The notes under the pieces: model-generated | Databases searched by the model: none | Told to the model about the DNA's origin: nothing | The model's input: only the letters and a program-made list of their open reading frames with translations | Translations under genes and position numbers: made by a program | NCBI GenBank assembly: GCA_951406725.2 | Contig: OX597820.1 | Span: forward strand, 36,642,001 to 36,706,000 | Source: Octopus vulgaris | Lineage: Eukaryota | Direction: 5' to 3' | DNA: 64,000 bases | In this document: piece after piece, positions 34,930 through 48,118 of the stretch | How the letters are laid out: every line of letters begins with the position of its first letter | Numbering within the stretch: the stretch's first letter is position 1

Positions 34930-35430
34930 GGCGGCAAGCTGGCAGAATCGTTAGAACGCTGGGCGAAATGCTGAGTTCTGTCCATTTCTATGTTTTGGCC
35001 CCGGTGGGCAATAAAGAAATAGGTATTTCGTCTGTCGCTACGTTCAGAATTCAAATTCAACTTTGCCTTTCATCCTTTCGGGATCGATAAATTAAGTACC
35101 AGTGAAACACCGGGTCGATGTAATCGACTATTGCCCTCCCCCAAAATTTCAAGGCCTTGTGCCTTCAGTAGAAAGGATTATTTGATATGACTTAAAGACA
35201 GCGAGATAGCAGAATCGTTAGCACGCTTGACGGAATACTAAGCGATATTTCGCCCATCGGTACGTTCTGAGATCAAATTCCACCAAGGTTGACATCGCCT
35301 TTCATCCTTTCGGGATCTATCGCCTTTCATCCTTTCGGGTGTTTATAAATTAATTACCAGTGAAACACTGGGGTCGATGTAATCGACTTACTCCCCTACC
35401 CCAAGCTGCCCTTGTGATAAAAGTTTGAAA
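34930..35430 (+). mobile_element. two tandem Nin-type SINEs, the first interrupted by a SINE tail
   Basis: Heads at ~34930 and ~35197, each followed by GCCTTTCATCCTTTCGGG...TACCAGTGAAACAC..GGTCGATGTAATCGACT. Confidence 0.82.
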
Positions 35431-36329
35431 TCATTATAATTTGTTACGACTTACACAACTTTCTGTGGTCACTATTATTACTACTACTGCTGCTGTCGTT
35501 AATATTATTGTTGAGGCTACTATCGCTCCCATCCCCTTAAACAGGTTTATGTCAACTATTTCTGTCCTGTGGTCATGGACTGATACATTCTTTGCTTCGC
35601 AGTCACTAATTCTTGATTCTGCTGTATTTCTATAATGCCAAAAGTGCTCCACTGAAAGAAGTAAGGAAGAGAAAATACATGAATTACAAGTCTAATTTAG
35701 TTGACCTACTAAGCTCAACAAGCGTTGATAGTAATGACTGACCTATATAATAGAAATACAATATATTAAATCCTGGAGCCTATACATCAAGTCAGTTGCA
35801 GTAACACTGTATCAATTAAATTTTCTTTGTTTTGCATAATCGTATTAATTCCATTATAGAGAAGACAGAATAAAAAAAAATTGGCGAAAATTCGTAAAAA
35901 TAAAACAAGTTATGAGGGGTTTTAGCACGCGCTTACATTATAACTCCGCTTATTTATCTGTGTGTGTGTGTGTGTGTTAGTGTGTGAGTGCGTGTGTGTG
36001 TGTGTGCGTTCATGCAAGCAAGCAAGCAGAAAAAGAAATAAAAATGTTTAACGGAACTAGTGTCGAACTAGTGGTTTTAGTTTTCCGAGATCAAAATCGA
36101 TGGATTGTGGTTTTATTTTTTTTTATCATTATCTACCTTTCTTTTGGGATGTAGGTTTCAAAAATCAAATTCGTTTTCTTGAGGACAACTCCGTTGCAGA
36201 GCCTTTCTGGGTTAAACACACGTACATAACAGCATACATGCGCATTAGCACCCCAAAATTTTCAACCTAAGGTGGTGAATTGTTTATTTTTTTTCTCTTC
36301 TTCTCACTCTTATATATATATATATATAC

Positions 36330-38290
36330 TCCTGACACCCATCCCACTTAAAAAGAAACATCCCATATAGTATGGCAAGACGCATATGTAGCATAGTAAC
36401 TGACTCACAAACACGCCTAATAAGACTAGATGAGCTTAAAAACTCCCTACTAGAACAAAAATACCCCCTTAAACTAATAAAAAATGGAATCTCAAGAGCA
36501 ATGAAACTGGACATCATACAACTCAGGACCCCCAAAACAAAAAACAAAGAAAACATTATCCCTTTCATAAACACACACAACCCTGGAGTTACCAACATGT
36601 TTCGAATCATACATTCAAACCTACCAATAGTCTTACAAAGCCCCAAAATGGAAAACATACTAAACAAATATTGCATAAAAAACAGTAGACGATAAGACAA
36701 AAACCTGAAGAAACAACTAACAAGAGCGAAATTCTCATCAGAAACTAAAACTGAATTCTTTGTAAAAGAGTGCGGAGATGGAGATGTGGGATCTGCAGTA
36801 ACCCCACCTATAAATGCATAGAGGGAGACAAAGAAATGAAATTTAAAAGTGGTCACATGTTCAAAATAAATGCAGATATGAACTGCAAAATGCAGAACGT
36901 AATATACTGCATAACCTGCCCCACATGCAAGGAGGATTACAGAGGTGAAACTGGAAATTCTTTATGCCAACGAGCTAGAATTCACCAACATGTCCGACAG
37001 GAGGAACTCCGCAAGGTACCACTGAGTAAACACCTAGATACAAGTGGAGAAGGAAAATTTAAGATCTTTCCCTTCTACAAATGTCCAAGGAATGATACTT
37101 CCTTCAGGAGGAATATGGAAAAATACTTCATAACTAAGTTCTCCCCCAAACTGAATGGCTGAAAATATCTCTATAATAAGCTGTACTAGATGAAGGACCA
37201 AATATGTAAAGTAAATTGTATTAAACACACACACACACACTCACAGTTCTACACATATGTACACATACATAAATAAAAACAATCTCTAATCCAGATTCTC
37301 CATCCCATGTAAGCACAGAAATCAAACATTGGATTCAAAGAACTGAATAGTGGTATAAATATCAACACAATTATTTCTTCTTCCTCTTTTTCTTCTTTTT
37401 TCCCTTCTCCAACGACACCCCTTCCATATTGACAGGCACCCACACACACACACACACACACACGCACGCACCTTCACAAAACAATAATAAAAAGAAATCC
37501 AGGCAATTCTTTTTTGAAATGGCCAATTTCTAAAAACCAAAAATCCTTTACAGTTGCAAAAATATAAACAAAAGTGGCATTCTTGACCATTGCTAAAAGC
37601 CAATGACTGGTTACTTTTAACAACTTGACCATTCCTCCTTAACAACTCCTTTCAGATACAAAAACACAAACTCACACACACATGCATGCACATAAACACA
37701 TACACACACACACTCTCTCACAAGACAATGATAAAAAGGAAATACAATTTATGGTCTTCTTTCTCTCCCTTTTCTTCCTTTCCTTCTTTTTCTTTAATAC
37801 TATTTTCAGATACAAAAACACACACACATACATGCACACACGCATGCTCTCTCTCATTTTCTCCCCATTCATCACACTCTTGTACTATCTTATATCCCTC
37901 CCCACCACTACACACTCAATAACACTTTAAAATGGTCACATTTTCCCCCAAGATCTTAGACCCCGCTTGGAGTAAACATTCTGACCAACTCCAAATGAAA
38001 CCAGCAAAACAATTTTTTTCTTCTTCCTTCTCTCCCTTTCCTTCTTTTTCTTTAATACTCATTTCAGATACAAAAACACACACACACATGCACACACACG
38101 CGCACACATACACACACACACACACACACACGCGCTCTCTCTCACTTTCTCCCCATTCATCACCCTCTTGTACTATCTTATAGCCCTCCCCACCACTACA
38201 CACTCAATGACACTATAAAATGGTCAAATTTTTCCACAAGAACTTAGTTCTATTTGAAAACCCCACTAGAATGGGCGAAAGCGCTAATAT
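36330..38290 (+). mobile_element. Penelope-like element 3' part (RT C-terminus plus GIY-YIG endonuclease, frameshifted)
   Basis: HPSHLKRNIPYSMARRICSIV, YPLKLI, IPFINTHNP, NLKKQLTRAKF, RCGICS, NVIYCITCPTCKEDYRGETG...R...H, RRNMEKYFITKFSPKLN; CA-rich tandem 3' region ending in a decayed hammerhead-like motif at ~38250-38290. Confidence 0.85.
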
Positions 38291-38365
38291 ATGATATACT
38301 AGCTGAAGGTGACCCGCTCTACGCGCGGGTAAGAGTGTGGTTGTTACTTTCTGTTGCTTCCTTTC

Positions 38366-38670
38366 AGCACGTAAAAAGCACCATCCGAACGTGGCAGATT
38401 GCAGCGCCGCCTTGACTGGCTTCTGTGCTGGTGGCACGTAAAAAGCACCAACCGATCGTGGCCGCTGCCAGCCCCCCTGGCACCTGTGCTGGCGGCACGA
38501 AAAAAGCACCCACTACGCTCACAGAGTGGTTGGCGTTAGGAAGGGCATCCACCTGTAGAAACACTGCCAGATCAGACTGGAGCCTGGTGCAGCCTCCTGG
38601 CTTCCCAGACCCCGGTCAAACTGTCCAACCCGGAAAACGGACGTTAAACGATGATGATGATGATGATGAT
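38366..38670 (+). mobile_element. RTE LINE 3'-tail fragment
   Basis: Matches 11870-12181, including GGAAAACGGACGTTAAAC(GAT)n. Confidence 0.88.
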
Positions 38671-39304
38671 GATTCTCCCTCTTTGTTTCTCTCTCCTTTC
38701 TCTCTCACTTTCCCACTCTCTTACTCTTCCTTTCTCTCGGACTCTCCCTCGCTTTCTCTTACTCTCTATCTTTATCTATCTCTCTCCCATTTATAAACAA
38801 CAAAAGATCTTGAGTAAGTTGAGAAATAAAATATTTAGAAAGATCAATCATAAATATCAGGCAGTAACAACGGAAAGGTCTGCTTCAAGGCAGACAGCAG
38901 AACACTAACATTTAAAAGGGACAGACGAACTTGCGAGCTGAATAAAAATAATAATGGCATTTCTTAACGACGGACAGCAACGTATTGACAGTTCAACGGC
39001 TGGCGTAAAATTTTGAACTTGATGTAAAAGAAAATCCCTAAACACCAAGTTTTGAATTGATTCTTTCTCACGACAGTAAACTGACGATGGCAAGCATTCA
39101 AAACTTCTTCATCATGGACGGCAACACATTGATGATTAAAAGGCTGGCGCAAATTTTTTAGCTTGATGTAACAGAGAATTCCTAAACACCCGCTCCTTTA
39201 AATTTTAATCCCCTTCCAGCCTCATTTAGACCGCTTTTCACATTTTGGTTAATATAACCCGATTTCATTTGGGTCTACTGGGGCCACATTTTATAAGATG
39301 AGGA

Positions 39305-39547
39305 CTCAACCAAGTTTCCTGAGTTCTGGCCATAGACCATAGAACACTCAAGCAAGTTTCCTGAGTTCTGGTCATAGACCATAGAACAGTCAAGCAAGTT
39401 TCCCGAGTTCTGGTCATAGACTCAAGCAAGTTTCCTGAGTTCTGGTCATAGACCATAGAACAGTCAAGCAAGTTTCCCGAGTTCTGGTCATAGACCATAG
39501 AACGCTCAACCAAGTTTCCCGAGTTCTGGTCATAGACCATAGAACAC
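39305..39547 (+). repeat. 42-bp minisatellite
   Basis: About 6 copies of CAAGTTTCC(T/C)GAGTTCTGGTCATAGACCATAGAACA(C/G)TCAAG. Confidence 0.9.
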
Positions 39548-39549
39548 TT

Positions 39550-40424
39550 AGCTAAAATCTAGTTTCTACCTAGTCTGAACCAATCAATCCGCCGCAGTCT
39601 TCATCCACACAGAGCTTACTCAACCATGTTCCAGTTCCAGCGACAGACGACCAGACCAGCCAGTCATGTTCCTGCTCCAGCCTAGTCTGAACCAATCAAT
39701 CCGCCGCAGTCTTCATCCACACAGAGCTTACTCAACCATGTTCCAGTTCCAGCGACAGACGACCAGACCAGCCAGTCATGTTCCTGCTCCAGCCAATGAC
39801 GACGCTAACATACACCAGCAACGCCACCGACGCCTTCATCTCAATGTCGCCTTTCTCTGCCGTCGCCATCACCATCGTCGTCCTTCACCTTCACTTCGTC
39901 TCCATCTCCGTCGCCTTCATCTCCAGCAACACTAATATGTACATAGCACTCATTCAGGTTAAGCTTTCACGCTGTTATGATTTTCACCGAGGTTAACAGC
40001 ACAGCACTACCTGCGAGATCTTCTGTACCAATGTAACCTGGCACAGCATTGAAGCCACAACCGCTACACATGTGTTCAACCGGCATCTGCACTTGTGATC
40101 CGAACATCCTGTTACAGAACGAACTGCTATTATGTACTTTACTACGAACTGGTAAATTAACTCCATCTTGTCTGAAGTACCCTGAGAGACTTTTCCTATG
40201 CGCTGTATTTTGTTTTGCCCGCATACACCTTGTTTGTACTTCTGTCGCACACACGAACACACATAGTTAATACACACACAAATGCTATCTCTGTCACATT
40301 CATACGCCACACATGCCTTTCTCGCTTGTTTTCCATGCTCAATGTGCCCTTGTAAACGCAACTCATCTCTGTAAGACCCTAGGTCGGTCACGCATACATA
40401 GAGAAAGTTGTTTGTCCCTTACAA
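39550..40424 (+). mobile_element. LTR-like element with an exact ~112-bp internal tandem duplication
   Basis: 39570-39681 is repeated at 39682-39793; related to 21365-22236; ends ...CCCTTACA. Confidence 0.5.
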
Positions 40425-41709
40425 CGCGCCAGCATGCCACACTTTTGTTCCTGCACGACCGAGGCATATAATAGCTCAAGCACTGGCTGGCAGCCTCAGC
40501 CTTACTGCATTAATCACTGGCATATTCAATACTGTACACTGTATTTCAGCCTAGTAAGCCCTATTGCACTCATGCACCTCTGTTCTGCACGTGTACTCCC
40601 TTGTTTTGCAACACGTCTGCATCAGCTCAATTCTTCTCCCGACTCAAAGCACGTCGGATGTTCACATGCGCTGCGCTCATGTTTAGGCATAATTTTCCCC
40701 CTGTTAGACCCCTGTTGGTCACGCAATTAACAGAGAAAATTATCTGTCTCGCACCCAAGTTGCACCCAAAAAGTGTAAAGAAGCAACCAGTTCCCTTTAC
40801 GTAACTATCAAAAAGTATTAAAAAGTTTAATATACATAAATACAGATATATACACTTTGTATATATACATTATATATACATATTTATATATCGAACACAC
40901 ACACACACACACACACATATATAAATGAACGCAATGAATATCTGATTCATAATATTTGTTCTCATGATTGTGTGTTGGTCGTGGCGTGTGGCGATGATAA
41001 TTCTTCCTATGAATGCAGACAGATACATCAAAGAACGCCGTCTGACGAACCTTACATTAAATAACGGGAGTGGAATTGTCAAAGTTATAAATGAAGGGGA
41101 GTTAGGGGGAAATGGAGGAAATAGCGTGAGTGAGGAAGATGGCCCCTAGCAACCACACCTTTTAAGATAGGGATTTATAAGGTAGCCCACGGGCATCGTC
41201 ACCTCATTCTACATGTCCCTGTAAATTTTGGAGCGAATCGGACGGGACGTAGTGGCATTGAAAGCGATCCAAGCTGTAAAAACGCATTTCAGTTTTATAT
41301 ATAGAGATTTTATATATAGAGATGTGAAGGTACTTGGCTTTTCTAACGCCTTAGCCTCGCCATCGCTCGTAGTAATGCTGTGAGCATGCAAGCTTACTTC
41401 AGTAGGTTCTGTTAAACCTTGTGATGTGTGACCAGTTGCTGTGATAAAAAAAAGCCCCACAAATGGTTTCAATACAGTTTTAACAGAAAGATTTGGAAGA
41501 ATTAGATGAAAGTTCTCCTGTAACTTTCATGTAAATAAATGTTTATTCTAATTTTAAATTTTGCCAAGATCTTATAAAATGACAATGTTCTAAAAGTTGT
41601 AGATGTTTATGTGTTGTATATGAAAATAAAAACTCTATTAAACTATAATAGTAAATGAAATTTGGGTAAATTTTCATCCTTTCACCCTATAATGGTAGAG
41701 TTTTAAGTA

Positions 41710-42385
41710 GAAGTCCAGGCTCACCAGTTGTAACGATAAAGTTTTGGTTCTTAGGAAGGCTGCAATTCTCTTGTTCGTGGTCACCAGTTGTAACGTGTTT
41801 AAATTTGTTGTTATAATTGCATACTGTGTTGTATGAACAATGCATAAAGTTTTAAGGGAGTATTTATTTACCGTTACGTTACAAATACCTTGCCTCGACG
41901 GGCAGGTTATGATAAATCCAAAAGCACGCGAAGTGAAGTTTGTGTTTGTGTCCTCTTCATTGTTTAGTAGTAAATACAGATAGCGATAGAATGATGTTGT
42001 AAGAGAACAGAATTAGAGCTAGTGAGAGTTGTAGGGTGTGGGACGTTGTCTCACAGTTGCCGACAGTAAACTTCCTTTCTCCCTCTGACCAAGGCTAGTC
42101 AGCCAGACCTCGTTGAGTCGTCACCAAAGTGACTTACTGATTTTTGCTTGGGGTATGCTTGCTTATATAACTATCCAGAAGGATAGATATATCATTGAGA
42201 ACAATAGATTTAGTTGGTGGTCTTGTTATCTCTATTCTAGCTTTTGGTGAAGTAGAAGGGGTTAGAAAGGGTCAAGCGGTGAAGACATTATTTCGGCCTA
42301 GCCAAAGGCATCTGGAAAATGTAAAGCTGCTGTCAGAGAAAAACCATTGTTCCATCGTGGGAAAAGTTCTGTTGCCGTGGTAATT
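41710..42385 (-). mobile_element. LTR remnant with PBS-like sequence
   Basis: Minus strand has TATATAA (~42165), AATAAA (~41865), then GTTACA-AC-TGGTGACCACGAA and a second GTTACA-AC-TGGTGAGCCTGG. Confidence 0.45.
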
Positions 42386-42443
42386 TAAATTTGGCTATGG
42401 TGGATCGAATCCACTTCATGCTTGCAAAATCCACTACAACCCA

Positions 42444-42985
42444 CACGATTTTCACTAAGAAAAAAAAAACTCGGATTTTTTGCGTGGAATCAAATACCCT
42501 GACCTAATATGCTGCAAACTCTTATTTTTGTTCAGTGGACTGGACCCACCCCCACCCCATCCCAGAATCTTTGGAAATTCTTTTCTTTTTTCGTTGAATG
42601 AATTTCTGTGACCTCCTTATATACTACAAAACACTTTTTTCGGGTTCGGAAAACAGGATGGGGTGAGGTGGAAGCTTCGGAAATTTCACCCCCCCCCCAC
42701 CTCCACTGATCTTTTCACTTGCACGATTTTCACTAAGAAAAAAAAAACTCGGATTTATAGCATGGAATCAAGTACCCTGACCTCCCAATATGCTGCAAAC
42801 CCCTTATTTCTGTTCGGAAAAAGGGCAGGTGGGAAACCGAACTCCCCCTCCCTATCCCGGAATCATTGGAATTTTTATTTTTTTCGTTGACTGAATTCCG
42901 GTGACCTAATATGCTACAAATTCCTTTTTGGGATCCGGAAAACGGGATGATGTGGAACCCACGGAAATTTCACCCACACCCCCAT
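42444..42985 (+). repeat. ~278-bp tandem duplication, probably DNA-transposon subterminal modules
   Basis: CACGATTTTCACTAAGAAAAAAAAAACTCGGATTT...GGAAATTTCACCC occurs twice. Confidence 0.8.
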
Positions 42986-44119
42986 TTTCAAATATTTTTT
43001 GCTATTTCTTTCTTTACCTATAATTTTAGATAACATTTTGCAGAAATGTTTTCGAGAGAGTGTGGATTACATTAGATTGAAAATTCAAAGAAGTTTGAAA
43101 TGAATAAGTGAAAATACAAAGGTTTCAGAAGTTAGTGGTAACGAAGTGTGGAGAGATAAACGATAAATTCTTCTTAAAAAAAAAAACACGTTAGAGTTTT
43201 TGCATGTATGAGTGAAACGGAGTAAAAGTATATTAACAAAATATCCTTTTCCACCCTCTTAAAATCACTGGATATATATAATAATCTCGAATAGATTTTC
43301 CTAGCTTGCCAGTCCTCATTCAAACTGTCCAACCCATGCCAGAATGGAAAGCAGACTTTAAACGATGATGGTGATGATGATGTATAATGATGTATATAAA
43401 ATGCCAGTCAAGTACTGAAATCGATGGTGTGTACTAAAGCCCCTTTCCATTGGGGTTGCTGATCTTGTGCCAAATTTAAAAACAATTAGTCAGATATTAA
43501 TAATTGATTCAAGTCGATCGTGAAAATGCAATAGCAGTCACCGAAATTAATGTTTAATACACCGGTCCATACTGTTATATGAAAAGAATGTATTACGTAC
43601 TTATTAGCTTTTATGTATTTAGTAACAATAGATAAAGAAAATATTTTACGAAAGTAAGGCTGATACATTGGCTTTATATTGAGATATATATCAGGTGGTA
43701 AGTTCCTCACAACCACTTCAGACTTAGTGTCTGCAGCTTAATGTATTTATTTTTCAATGTTATTGAACTAAATAGGGTGGATAAACATAAGTAAAACTGT
43801 AAGTTGACCTTTTGTCAGTTGCTAATAAGTTGAAGGTTTTCAGTATAATCGTCTGCCCCATGTCCTGTGATATTTTAAGCCTCGTCGTAAGAAAGCAACA
43901 TGCTGAATACAAAGGTGTAATCGTAAAAATTTGCCGGAAAAGGGCACGGTTTAGGGGCAAACATGTAAAAAAAAAAACCGAATTTTGAGGACAAACGATT
44001 CTTTCGCAGAAAGAAACAACCACAACTTCCTTGTCCTTTTCCTTCTCCCTGAAATAATGATAGCTAATAGAAAGTCCGCCGATCAATGATTACACCCGTC
44101 TCGTGAGACAGGTGTAATA

Positions 44120-44765
44120 GTCAAATTTTATCAAAACAAATTCAAAATATCAACCACAAACACCACTTAAGTTAGTTGGTCAGATAGTTTGTTGTTTACC
44201 GTCTCTGGAAAAGTCACCGATTATCAGTCACGTATTCCAGCTGTCTACTTGAAGTGTCAGTTATAATGATCACACAATTTTTTTTTTAATCAGAGGGTGG
44301 TGTGACTTCTTTTGAATGTTTCTGAAATATTCCACTGATTGAAATAATTTTTTTAAATATTGACTTATTTGGAGGTCGATAAATTTAGGGATAAAAAACT
44401 CATCGAAAGGTTTTGGCAGGATGTAAAAGGTTGGCTTAAGAGACTACATTTTCATTCAAAATAACTATATCTGCTTGGCAAAGTATTTGTTCATTTCTTC
44501 TATTGTAGATAAGAAAATTATTTCGCCACTTCTTGGTTCTGGCAACCAACATATACCATCCTCTCTCAGACAGCTACCGACCCATTCATTACACTAAAAT
44601 TTAGATTCAGAGTCGGAGAATGAGGAAGAGCCTTAGCCTATCTTTGTATTAAGTGTTATGGGTTGGTTTACATAACTAGTGATTTCTGACGGTTTTGAGA
44701 GTCATATAGGTTCAAAACACATCAGAAAACCAGAAGAAAAACAAAAATTTACTAAAATAAGGACC
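44120..44765 (+). pseudogene. Merlin/IS1595-type transposase remnant
   Basis: 44396-44495 translates KLIERFWQDVKGWLKR...(shift)LAKYLF, like the IExxWxxxK...YLxxY/F C-terminal DDE motif; the region ends in ...AAATAAGGACC (GG terminus on the minus strand). Confidence 0.5.
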
Positions 44766-45484
44766 AGCAAAATACTGGGATCTATTTAATCGATTATTCC
44801 CCTCCTTCCCAAAATTGTGACCTTCTTCTTTAATGCAGAACTTTGTGGATTACTAACATGCAAAATAATCCGATAATAAAATACCTTACTGTCCGTTTTT
44901 TTTATCTTCGTTGTTAAAATGTTTGTCTATGCGAGAAATCATTTTCGGTAAATATTAAACCCTATTAAAATTCAGTGAAACCACTTGTCCCTATATTGTC
45001 TTTTATCTCTTTGGATAATTCTTAAAAAAGTATTAATCCCATTAATGATCTTCGCATTAATTTCAGGTTTTATTAAAAACGCCTATTTACTGTTCACCAA
45101 TTTATTTAGCAAAATTAATTAGTGATATCAGCTTTCTAGAGTTTATCTCACTGCAATAGATGAAATTTCCGTTACTGTTCTCTAAACAACAAATGTTTTC
45201 TTGACAGAGAAATCTGTCAAGAGAACATATGTTATTTAGTGCCTCTCTGTCGTTCCATTGGCTTGTTGGCTTCTCAACATCACCATCTCGGTATGGTTTT
45301 ATATATATATATATATCTGTTTTTCCTTCACCACTTACATCTATCGTTATTTAGCACTCCAATGCCACTTGGGAGGGTGTTAATGCTCAAATTCAGATCC
45401 AGTGAGAGCCTCTACCTTTCCCGACCTGCTAGAAACGGCAGCTAAATCTCCTTTAATGCCCTAGAAATAGGACATATATATAGT

Positions 45485-45952
45485 TAACCCTACTGTTGGG
45501 CATGGGGACATTGAAACTCCGACGTCTGGCAGCTGACTTGGTAGACACCCATAAAATTATCAACCATCGTACAAACAATAACTCTGAGCACCTTTTCAAA
45601 CTCCACCCATCTAACACTCGTGGACATATTTACAAAGTCAGAAAACAGCACAGCTCCCATGACTTCAGGAAACATTTTTTCACGCTGAGAGTTGCTGAAG
45701 CATGGAACAAACTGCCGGCATCAGTTGTTAGTTGTCGGAGCACTGCATCCTTCAAAACTTCCAAGCTTTCTGAGATTCGCCAATACTACACCTGATTTTC
45801 TCCCCTCCATTCACACACAAGCATGTATCTGTCTCATACATTGTTCGCTTTCCAGACATTTTTACATTACTGCATGTACTTTATATGCACTTTCTGACAA
45901 GTTGTGGTGCACCTGAGCACTGTATACAATAATTTCATTATTATTATTATTA
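45485..45952 (+). mobile_element. 5'-truncated CR1-like LINE 3' end
   Basis: LGM.TLKLRRLAADL..THKII...NTRGH.YK...RKHFFTLRVAEAWNKLP...FK; (TTA)n tail; same family as 55411-56290. Confidence 0.85.
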
Positions 45953-47900
45953 AATGAAATATTTTCAACCACAGATCCGCTAAACGACTACAATAACTTT
46001 GGCTGGGCAAACCAACTTCGACGACACGGTTTTTACGTTAAATGGGAGACAAGTGTTCATATTCGTTGATCACTTTCAGCATTAACAGATACAAGTATTA
46101 TTATAATCACTTCTGTCAAATGTGTGCAAACAAGTCTTTTAAGTGTAGAAAAACTGTGCTACTAACAATCTCGGGCCGACTAAATTTTGTGAGTAAATTT
46201 AGTCTGCGGAAACAAAAGAAGACCATCGCGCACGCGCGTTTGTTCGTGTCTTGACATGTTTCTGATCTGTGAACGTGTCCAGATATAAGGGAAATATCTT
46301 GCCTGGAAACCGATAAGAGTTGTCGGCAAGAAGGATATCTAGCAGTAGAAAACTACCTCAGTGAATTTCATCTCAGCCATACAAGCATAGAAAAATGGAC
46401 ATTAAAGCAATTATGATGATTGTATACATATAACTCGTATATCTCATCATTTTCGTGTCCACTTTTCTGTGCTTGCTTTGGTCAAATAGAATTCATTGAG
46501 GCACATTTTCCACAGTTCATGCCTTTCCTGTCACCAACTCTCATGTTTCCAATCATAAGGGTAAATATTTCTCCATCACCAGATTTGTTTATGCAGAGGA
46601 CTGGAAATGAAGAACACTACTTGCTTACAACTATTATGTGATGTCAAAACAAAGAAATACAAATACCCACATGTACACGTGTGCGTATAAGAAGAAAATG
46701 GAGATTGGGAAGTTAATAATTGTTTATATATATACATCCCTTTAGCATTTAAACCAGCCTTATCTAGCCCAAATAGTCTGCCCATTTTATTTTCAAACTG
46801 GCCATATCCAATCTCTCACACATACTCTACAATGTTATTCTTAAGATAACAAACACATCATTGAAATCTTGAAGCTATGAGATAATGCATGATTAATTCA
46901 AAACAGTGTGAATAAATAAGCATTGCATTTGACTGAGTTAATCTGAATGCTGGAGGCTTTACACTCCAGTTCAACTCTACCACCTGGTCTTTTGGTTTCT
47001 TTTGCAGCACTCTCATTGCAAGCATGCAGATCAGGTTCCCAGTTGGAAAATAACTATGTTCCTCTTACCAGCTTCCAATGCACTGGAAAAAAAGAAAGAG
47101 AGCCTTGTGTGTTGCCTTTTTCTCCTTGACTAAATGTAATTAAAAAAAAAGATCCTAACCATGACCATCCCACCTTTTATCCTAACCCAAGCTGAAAACT
47201 TTCTGTATTAATCTCATTCTCAAGAACAGAAATACTTATGAAGATGTAAAACTCTTTCCTTTTTCAGATTTACAAATAGAAATGAGAAAAAAAGTAAAAA
47301 TGAAAATTACTAAGCTTCACATTTCCAACAGCTTATATTGATAAAAAAAAATATCCACAGAGTGCATGACTACTTGCTCTAGTGTAGCAAATATGGCAGT
47401 TTAAAACAAAACTGGCACAGCTAGCAACTAATGGGAAAATGAAAGGGGGATACACACATATATATGTATATTTAGGTGCAGGCATGACTATAGTTTAGAA
47501 GTTCCATTTGCAATTACATAGTTTGGGGTTCAGTCCCATTGTATGGCACCTTGAGCAAGCAACTTCTACAATAATCAGAGGTCAGCTAATGGAAGCCTGT
47601 GTGGTTAAGAAATTCGCTTCCCAATGTCATGTTCAGTCCCATTGCATTATAATTAATTCATCTTGCTGCTTATCTGAATATAATTTTGTGATTGGAATAA
47701 CTCAGTTTTGTTATTATTAGTTTGTGGAGGAAGAGCTGTTCTATGGAACAGATGAAGTTAAAAATAAACTCTCATTCTATTCTATAACATAACTGCTGTT
47801 GATGTTTGTGTGTTTAGACAATTTCTTTTTTTTTTATTCCACTTTTTCATTTAAAGTATCTGGTCTAGTCTTTTTGTTATAACATTTTATTGTTCTTTAA

Positions 47901-48118
47901 CCCTTTTGATATCAACCCACCTGTGACTGCCTCTGGTTCTATAATACAAGCTTCCTTTTAAAGTGATCTAAATTAAAACCTTCCTTCAAAAATTCCATGT
48001 TAATTTATGTCCCAAACTTCAGTTTAATAATGACAAAGTTATATCACAAAATTCTTCATTATTTTCAAAATTAATTGAAACAAAGACAGTGTATTTCAGC
48101 AATATGGTACCAAAAGGG
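47901..48118. mobile_element. piggyBac-like MITE
   Basis: TTAA|CCCTTTTGATA ... TACCAAAAGGG|TTAA. Confidence 0.85.

Larger units (their letters stand above)
38299..41322 (-). mobile_element. non-autonomous Helitron with nested insertions
   Basis: Minus-strand 3' end ACCCGCGCGTAGAGCGGGT hairpin plus CTAG|T at 38299; minus-strand 5' end A|TCTCTATATATAAAA (duplicated) at 41322. That both ends belong to one element is inferred. Confidence 0.6.

Noticed and set aside
39265-39540. Repetitive 91-aa ORF (MVYDQNSGNL)n
   Set aside because: Translation of the 42-bp minisatellite.
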